The notes under the pieces: model-generated | What the model saw: only the letters and a program-made list of their open reading frames with translations | Database searches by the model: none | What the model was told of the DNA's origin: nothing | Position numbers and translations under genes: made by a program | In this document: positions 57,211 to 64,000 of the stretch, piece after piece | How the letters are laid out: every line of letters begins with the position of its first letter | Position numbering within the stretch: the first letter of the stretch is position 1 | Assembly (NCBI RefSeq): GCF_009914755.1 | Contig: NC_060932.1 | Length of the DNA stretch: 64,000 nt | Reading direction: 5' to 3' (one strand) | DNA from: the human T2T-CHM13v2.0 reference genome, Homo sapiens

Positions 57211-58735
57211 CATTCAGCAACACTAATGGATGGCAAAAATGAGCTACACAATTCATATCCACATTTTAAGGCCCAAGAATTTAGTGTTTGGGCCCACTGA
57301 GAGAAGATGGGGAGACACATATCAAGAGAAGCTATGTGATGAGAGACGAAGGAGGCGGTGTAGGTAAAGATGGAAGTGTAGCCTCAGTCCTGCAAGCCTC
57401 ACTCAGAAGAGCACCATAAGCTGCATAGCAATGGCAGCAGCAATTATTTTCCACAGGAGAACAGACATACAACTGACACCTCTCAGCACCCAGTGGCCAG
57501 GCAGAGCCTTCGATATGTCAGTCCAAGCCAAGGAGTCATCTCTGTCCAGCCAAATCTTTTCATCCTTCAAGATCTAAATGAAGTTTCTCTTCTCTGAAGA
57601 AGTCTTGTTTTAATTCAATATTTGCAGAAAAGCAACTTCCAAAAAATCTTTCATGAAAATACCAAGCCCCCAATACCCTCTCCTTTGTCTGAAGCCCTTG
57701 TAAATAAAAAAGTTATAAAATTGACAATAAGTAATATTTACTAACTGTACACGAGGTTCTAGGCATGTTTTCATTATTTAGGCATCACATTTTAAATAAC
57801 TGCAATGATCTTTGGAATAAGTTGCTTTTTATTCCCGTTTTACAGAGGCCATAATGGTTAAGTAATTTCCCAATGTCACTTCACACTCAAGTGGAAGAGC
57901 AAGGTGGCCAACCCAAAGCCCACGTTTCTTCTCCTATAGAAGTCTTCCTCGTGGCTGACTGCTTGAAAATTTAGCCAGGTGTTAAAGGATCAAGACTGGA
58001 AGTGACTGGTGAACCATTTGCAGTGGTTCCAAAGGAGCCCTGCAATGGAAAAGAAAGGAGAGAGAGAAACTCCATGTGTGGAAGCTTGATCTCCTTTGAA
58101 AAGAGCTCAGCTTAAAGGATGATATCATGGGGACTGTCAACAGGAATCAGAGATGCATATCCAAGGGCAGAATCTAATTTCAATTCCAGGACGTTTCATG
58201 AAACAGAATGCAAAGCAACAATTATCTGCTAAATGGAAAATTAAAGGCATAAATAAAGTCAAAGCTCAAACCAGTGAGGCAAAAATCACACGGGCTCCAA
58301 TTTCCTTTTGCTGCTTGTAGCTGCAAGTTTGAAAGGAAGGACACATGGGGATAGTAAAAATATGAGAGCAATGGACCACGTTTAATCGATAGTGAAGGCT
58401 CTGATCCCACAAATGCTCCCCTTCCCACTATTAGCCCTTCCCCACCTACTGCCAAAACCCAGCAAGCTGAATGGAGCAAGACGTCTGAGAAAGAGGCCCC
58501 TGTTCTCTCCATAGGAACTTCACTTTCCTATAAATGTGCTCCAGCACTGAGTAAGTTCTGGTAAAAAAGAGCTTTATTTCCCCAGACTCCTTGTTCCTCC
58601 ACTTCTGCCAAAATACATTTCTTAAGTATTCCAACCTGAAACACACACATGCACACACATACACACACATATGCTGCCAATTTCTTGGTATTTTGTCAAT
58701 ACTGACTTTGCCCCTTTTCTAAATCTTCATCTCCA

Positions 58736-58736
58736 G
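58736..58736 (+). other. Probable position of SNP rs10505477 (G on + strand here)
   Basis: Minus-strand context GGAAGCCTTAA[C]TGGAGATGAAG matches recalled flank; 5.2 kb from CCAT2 start as recalled. Confidence 0.6.
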
Positions 58737-58929
58737 TTAAGGCTTCCTGTTTGATAGACAAGTGGTGACACATGACACAGAATAAGCCCAGTGGAAGACT
58801 TTGTTTCCCACGGGTCCATATGTAAGACACTGGGTCAAGTGTCAAATGCTTTGGGCCATGATTTACAACCAATGCTTGTGACTTCCACCCCTCCCTCACC
58901 CTCTGTCTTCCCTGCTCTCCTTTAAATTC

Positions 58930-59685
58930 TTCCCCACAAGTGTGTTTCCAATCTTTTCCCTCCTCTTGATCCCCACTGCCTCTTTTACTTGGACCACTGC
59001 AAAGTTCACCACTTCAATTCCACTCTCAAAACAGCTGCAACAATGACTTTTCTAATCCATAAATCTGATTATATTTTTCCTTTGTTCAGAAAACACAATG
59101 GGCTCCCATTGCCTACAAGATAAAGACCACCCTCTATGGCCATGCCTACCAGGACCTTCATCAATAATCCCCCTTAACCTCCTCCACCACTGATGTCATT
59201 CATTTATCTTTTCACTCATTCATTCAAAACCATGAAGCATCCACTGTGTGCCAGCCATCATTCTGGACGCACAGCCAAACTAAACTTCTCTTTCCCAAAC
59301 ACTTCCTGCCCTCTTACAACACTGCCTTCTCACAGCGTTCTCTTTGCCAGAAACGCTTCTATTCCTCTTCTATCAAACTCTCATTCACCTTTCCAGATTC
59401 AGCCTCCTCGGTGTGTCCTCTGTGAAGCTTTGCCTAAGACAGACACACGCATGCACACACATGTTCCAAGCAGGTTCTGTCTTCTGTATCCCCACCCACC
59501 ATGGTTTTATGAAATGACCATGACTTGTATCACTTTGAGAAATCACTGCCTGCTTGTCTGTTTCCTTTCTAAGGCAAAGATTGTATCAACCTCAAGGGCA
59601 GGAGAGCATTATATACTTTTCTGTATACTTAACTCACTGATTGGCACATAGGAAGTGCCTGTGAATGTTTGCTGTGAATGTGAAC
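58930..59685 (+). mobile_element. L2 fragment
   Basis: 'aaatctgattat...caatgggctcccattgcctacaagataaa...ttggcacataggaagtgcc'. Confidence 0.65.
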
Positions 59686-59959
59686 CTGCCTCCACCACCT
59701 GGCAAAAAAACCACTTAGCCATTCCAAGCTATTCTGAGGAGTGAGCAAGGTGAGTGGCTACCTACCCAATGACACCTTTCCCATCATGAAATTTTACCAT
59801 CACCACCAACCTACACCCCAGTCTCTGCAATTGCGCCATTAGATATTTAGTTCTCTGTACACACCACCTTTTTTTATCTTTCCACTCTTGTTTTCTGATC
59901 CGGGAAACACAGTCCTCAAGAAGACAGAACCTGAAGTCAGGGTGCTTCTATGAACCCAC

Positions 59960-60150
59960 CAGCTTTGCCATTCTACCTGGGCAACCTGGTATCATTTCCA
60001 TCCTTCACTCATGAAATAGGGATCCTCATAATACTCAGCCTCACAAGGTGGTTGTGAGGATTAAGGAAGGTGGTACTTATGAAGTGCTTAAAATAGTAAG
60101 TGGCACACTGTAAGTGCCAACTATGCTAAAGTATTTGCTATTATTGTTGT
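59960..60150 (+). mobile_element. MIR
   Basis: 'cctcacaaggtggttgtgaggattaag...aagtgcttaaaatagt'. Confidence 0.75.
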
Positions 60151-60539
60151 TGTTGTTCTTATTTTCTACCCAGTCCTACCTTCACCTTCCAAACCAAGTT
60201 TTTCATAACCCTTAAACTCGTCTTTCCCTTTCAGGCTTTCCTGCTATTTCTTACCTTGAACGTCCTTCTCTTTCACCTGTTCATTCTTCATGATGGAGCT
60301 CAAGTCTCCTTCATAAAGGCACCAAAGACCACTCCTCACCGATTTGTCTCACCACTGGAGCCTGTGCATGCCCAGATCCCAGCATTTCCCACTTGTGGTT
60401 TACAGTCCGTTTCTCCTAGTAAGTCCAGAGTGCTGTGACTTCAGGGACAGTGTCTATGCACCTAGCATAGCTTTTCTGAAGTCCTTCCCTGGGCTAGGCA
60501 TTGCGGCAGCTTCTGAGGATACCACGTAGCTCAAGCATA

Positions 60540-60673
60540 GTCCCTGCCCTCAAGAAGCAGACAAGAAACTAACCTGAAAGTCTATGGTGATGATAAATGT
60601 GATATCATATGGTCCCTGCCCTCAAGAAGCAGACAAGAAACTAATCTCAAGGTCTATGGTGATGATAAATGTG
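60540..60673 (+). repeat. Tandem duplication, period 72 bp (62-bp core, 3 mismatches)
   Basis: gtccctgccctcaagaagcagacaagaaactaa...gtctatggtgatgataaatgtg at 60540 and 60612. Confidence 0.9.
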
Positions 60674-62789
60674 GCATTGTTCTTGGCAACTACAAGGAAA
60701 TCAGTGAAAAGGGGAGGACAGAGAGAAGAAAGCCCAGAAAAAGGAAAGAAAGCAAGAAAAAGAAGGAGGGAGGAAAGAAAGAAAGAAGTGAATTGAGGCC
60801 ATGAAGTTACTTCAGTTGTCAAATGTTCCACTGGAATATATTTACAACTATGAAAAGGAATCACTTTCACTATTCCAGACACATTTTTGCTGATTCCTTT
60901 AGCACAGTGTTTCCCAAAGAGTGGCCACCATGCCCCAGGAGGCATTTGACCATAGTGTGCAGAAGGATATTTTAAATTGTAATAATTGCGTACTTCAACG
61001 TGTGTTAGTACTAAGTTTCTAGCCTTTCAAACCTATCTTTTCATGGATATTATTGCTTTGTTTAGAGTGAGTGTAAACAAATTACAAGTGAGTAAAACTG
61101 AGGGGTTCTGATTTCATGTCTTGCCTAGAAAAGAGCTTCTGAGGAGAAAAAAATCTAGGTCTACCACCAAGGGAAGGGAAGAGCTAAAAGCCAAGATTTC
61201 AGAAGCCAAGGGCAGACCTTTGGCTCTCACTCTGCCTGACCAGCACCTTCAAAACATCTATGCACACTCAACAGTTAGAAAGGGGCTCCTCGTCTGTTTT
61301 TGGTCAGCAGACTTCAAAAGTCTCAAATGCTCTCAATTCATAGATAGAGAGATGAAAGCCAGGAAAATTAAATGTTATTAATATTTCACTAGTTTAGACT
61401 AAATCCATCTGTAGAAAAGGTAGTCTGACCAACTGCGCTTTTTAAATAAACTTTGTTACTCCCATCACAGAACGTGTTCCACAAAATCAGCTTATGTGAG
61501 TAATTCTTTTCCAGCCTTAATCTCAAACCCCCAAGGAATCTCATTTGGACTCAGCATTTGTGTATAAGCAACAGCAGAACAAATGGTGCAATAGCTCATT
61601 AATATCCTTCTTGGCAGGATATGCCATTAAAACATATATATCAAGTTATAGTCATGATAGGATCACACCTCATTTTAAACAGTACATGGGGCTCTGCTAC
61701 CTGCAGGGTGTTAGCCCTGGGAAACAAGCAGCTTCCAAAAATAAAAATGTCTAACCTGCTCATTATCTTGCAAATAAATGACTTTGTGCATCTTCCTCTT
61801 TTTCTCATGCTTACTTTTCCCTTGTATTGTGCCAGGCTTCCTGTACCCTGTTATTGTAGGATATTGTCCTGACATGCTACAACACAACGTAGTATAGTGA
61901 ATATTGACACAACCAGAGCACCATGGCAAACACACACACACAAGAAGAGCAAACTGAAGACTTTCTCTATTGATTCAGGTAGCAGAACAGCCTGAGGCCA
62001 GGCAGTAACATATTTGATTAACCTTCAGTATACCAGAGATTCCTAACAATCCTCAGCTGAGCATTATTGCTGTAGCCAAAGCAGGAACTCCTCTGAACCA
62101 AAGAAGGTCTATTGACATCATGCTCAGGTAGTCGGTCAGGTAGATTGATTGCTCATCCACTCCTAACTCAGGTGGATTGTCCACATCTGGACGACCTCAT
62201 CCCTGGTCACTGTCAAAGCCACTAGTTGAGTGAAGACAGGGAGTTGGTGTCATTCAAGACTAAATGATCACCAGACTAAATTAAATTATGTGTTCGTAGC
62301 ATCCCTAAATCCCCTTCTCAGTACAGAAATTGTCTTGCGTGTTAGACACAATTTTATTTGGAACTGGCAATGAATTTTTTTCCTGGCTCTCACCCTTCAA
62401 CCAATTGGTTAACTCCTATTTCTTCTTCAGATTTCTGTTCAGAAAACACATCTTCAGGAAAATCACCCCTGACTCACCCAGGCTAAGTCACAAGCTTTTG
62501 TTATAAGGTCTCATCACACCATATGCCTCTCTTTCAAAACCAGCACCTGCAGAAATGTAAGTGTACATTGATTTATGTAAGTATTTGAATTATGACTGTT
62601 TTTGTATATGTCCATGAGCTCCCTGAAGGCAAGTACTTTGTCTGCTTCCGCCTGTTTCATAACTATCATGCCTAACACACAATAACCTCTCAATTAATAG
62701 CCAAGTTTATTAGCAAAAAAAATTGACTGAAAAAGTGAATGAACGAAAATGTTGCTACCAACATAGGCATTATAATGAGATGATATCAG

Positions 62790-63193
62790 TGATCTGAGCT
62801 CTGAACAAATTTATTCTTCTCTTCCTGGGTACATACCTGAATTATATTATTTCCCAATCTCCTTAGAGTTAAAATATAGTGATGTGACTTTTGAGACATG
62901 TGACTTCCAGGTCTGGCCCTGGAATCTCCAACATGTGCTTCTTCAAGCCCCTTTGCCCTTTTGGCTAGCTGAGATTAAAATCACCATAGCAATCTTAGAA
63001 GCAGATGTTAAAGATGACTTAGTTCTGTCAGCCTAGGTCCCTCAATGAGCACATGGAGCAGAATCACCCAACAACATATTCAGCCATCTTCAGAACTGTT
63101 AAATTGAACAAGAAAGAAATTTCTGATAAGTGTGAGCCTTTATGTATATGGAATTTATTTGTTATATCAGTTAGGGTTACTTGAAGTAATACA
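62790..63193 (+). mobile_element. MLT1-type LTR
   Basis: 'tcagcctaggtccctcaatgagcacatggagcagaatcaccc...aacaagaaagaaattt...gtaataca'. Confidence 0.6.
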
Positions 63194-63936
63194 ACTCTTC
63201 CCAGTGATCCTCAACTAGAAAAGAATTTGGAGGGCATGTTAGAATCTCATGGGAAAAGGGGCAGTTGGAAAAATCTTCCGAAGTATAATCACTGTCTTAT
63301 GTACTTTACAATAAACGCAGAAATTTAAAGACATATTTGACTAGATGAAAGGATTTGTGGAGGTATGGAACACACACATTCACCCACATGTGTGGACATA
63401 GAAGGCAGATACAACAAAAATTACGGTTCATCACCAATAGTGGCAGAGGATGGGTTTCGAGCCACTTCCTTTCAAACCAACCACAACGTCATAAGTGATC
63501 ACCATCATTCTAGTTCCTGTGAAGAAGAGAGAGCTGTGGAAAAAATGCTTTATGCCCTCAAAAGAGACAGCACAAAATTTCAGTTTAAAAGGCTTGCCTC
63601 CTATGTGATTCACTAGCAATGAAACCTTGGAAAAATTATTTCACCCCTCTTTTCCTTCATTTGTTAAAAGAAAGTGTTTAAATTTGCAACTCAGCATTGT
63701 TTTAATGTTATATGATTCAATTTATATAAAGGGTCTTGTGGAGAGGACATAAAAGTACATCAAGGATTATAGCCAAATGTTTCTTATGCTGGAACAGAGT
63801 TAGGTACAAAGGGTTATAGAAACATAGCCTGCCAGGTTGAATAGTAAAGAGGAGGGACAGAGAAGACTTGTAGTAGGAAATAATCCCTGATTCCAGGGCC
63901 AAATGTGGGATTCAAATAATGGAGGCCCTAGCAATT

Positions 63937-64000
63937 CCGAGGTGATCAGGTGGACTTTCCTGGATGTTCTGGGTCTTGACCTGATTGCTGAAAAATGAAT
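63937..64000 (+). ncRNA. CCAT2: 5' end of lncRNA CCAT2 (continues beyond window)
   Basis: CCGAGGTGATCAGGTGGACTTTCCTGGATGTTCTGGGTCTTGACCTGATTGCTGAAAAATGAAT matches the CCAT2 transcript start as I recall it. Confidence 0.75.

Noticed and set aside
60540-60673. Repeat-spacer (CRISPR-like) reading of the short direct repeats
   Set aside because: Only two copies, no unique spacers, eukaryotic context, no cas genes

Overview
Human (primate) genomic DNA, AT-rich and dominated by interspersed repeats (L2, MIR, MLT/MST/LTR8A/LTR33-type LTRs, hAT MERs, Alus, L1s). It has no conventional protein-coding gene; the only long ORF is the 3' half of L1 ORF2. From memory, several landmarks match the 8q24.21 gene desert upstream of MYC: the 5' end of CCAT2 at 63937, the flank of breast-cancer SNP rs13281615 at 6729 and the flank of colorectal-cancer SNP rs10505477 at 58736. 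This would put the window inside CASC21 (+) and the large CASC8 intron (-). The assignment is unverified recall and should be confirmed by BLAT. Most notable observations: (1) a very young, probably polymorphic, 5'-truncated AluYb8 about 1 kb from the SNP at 6729; (2) a perfect palindromic estrogen response element about 650 bp from that SNP; (3) an LTR-derived exon (2635-2790) that, spliced to a terminal exon (56042 to ~56169), yields a 65-aa ORF absent from the six-frame track; (4) a ~150-bp block (50131-50280) with non-mammalian dinucleotide composition; (5) an L1PA2 with an uninterrupted 690-codon ORF2 remnant and an odd homeologous 5' junction. I found no convincing wholly new multi-gene system. 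Repeat boundaries and subfamily names are by-eye estimates.
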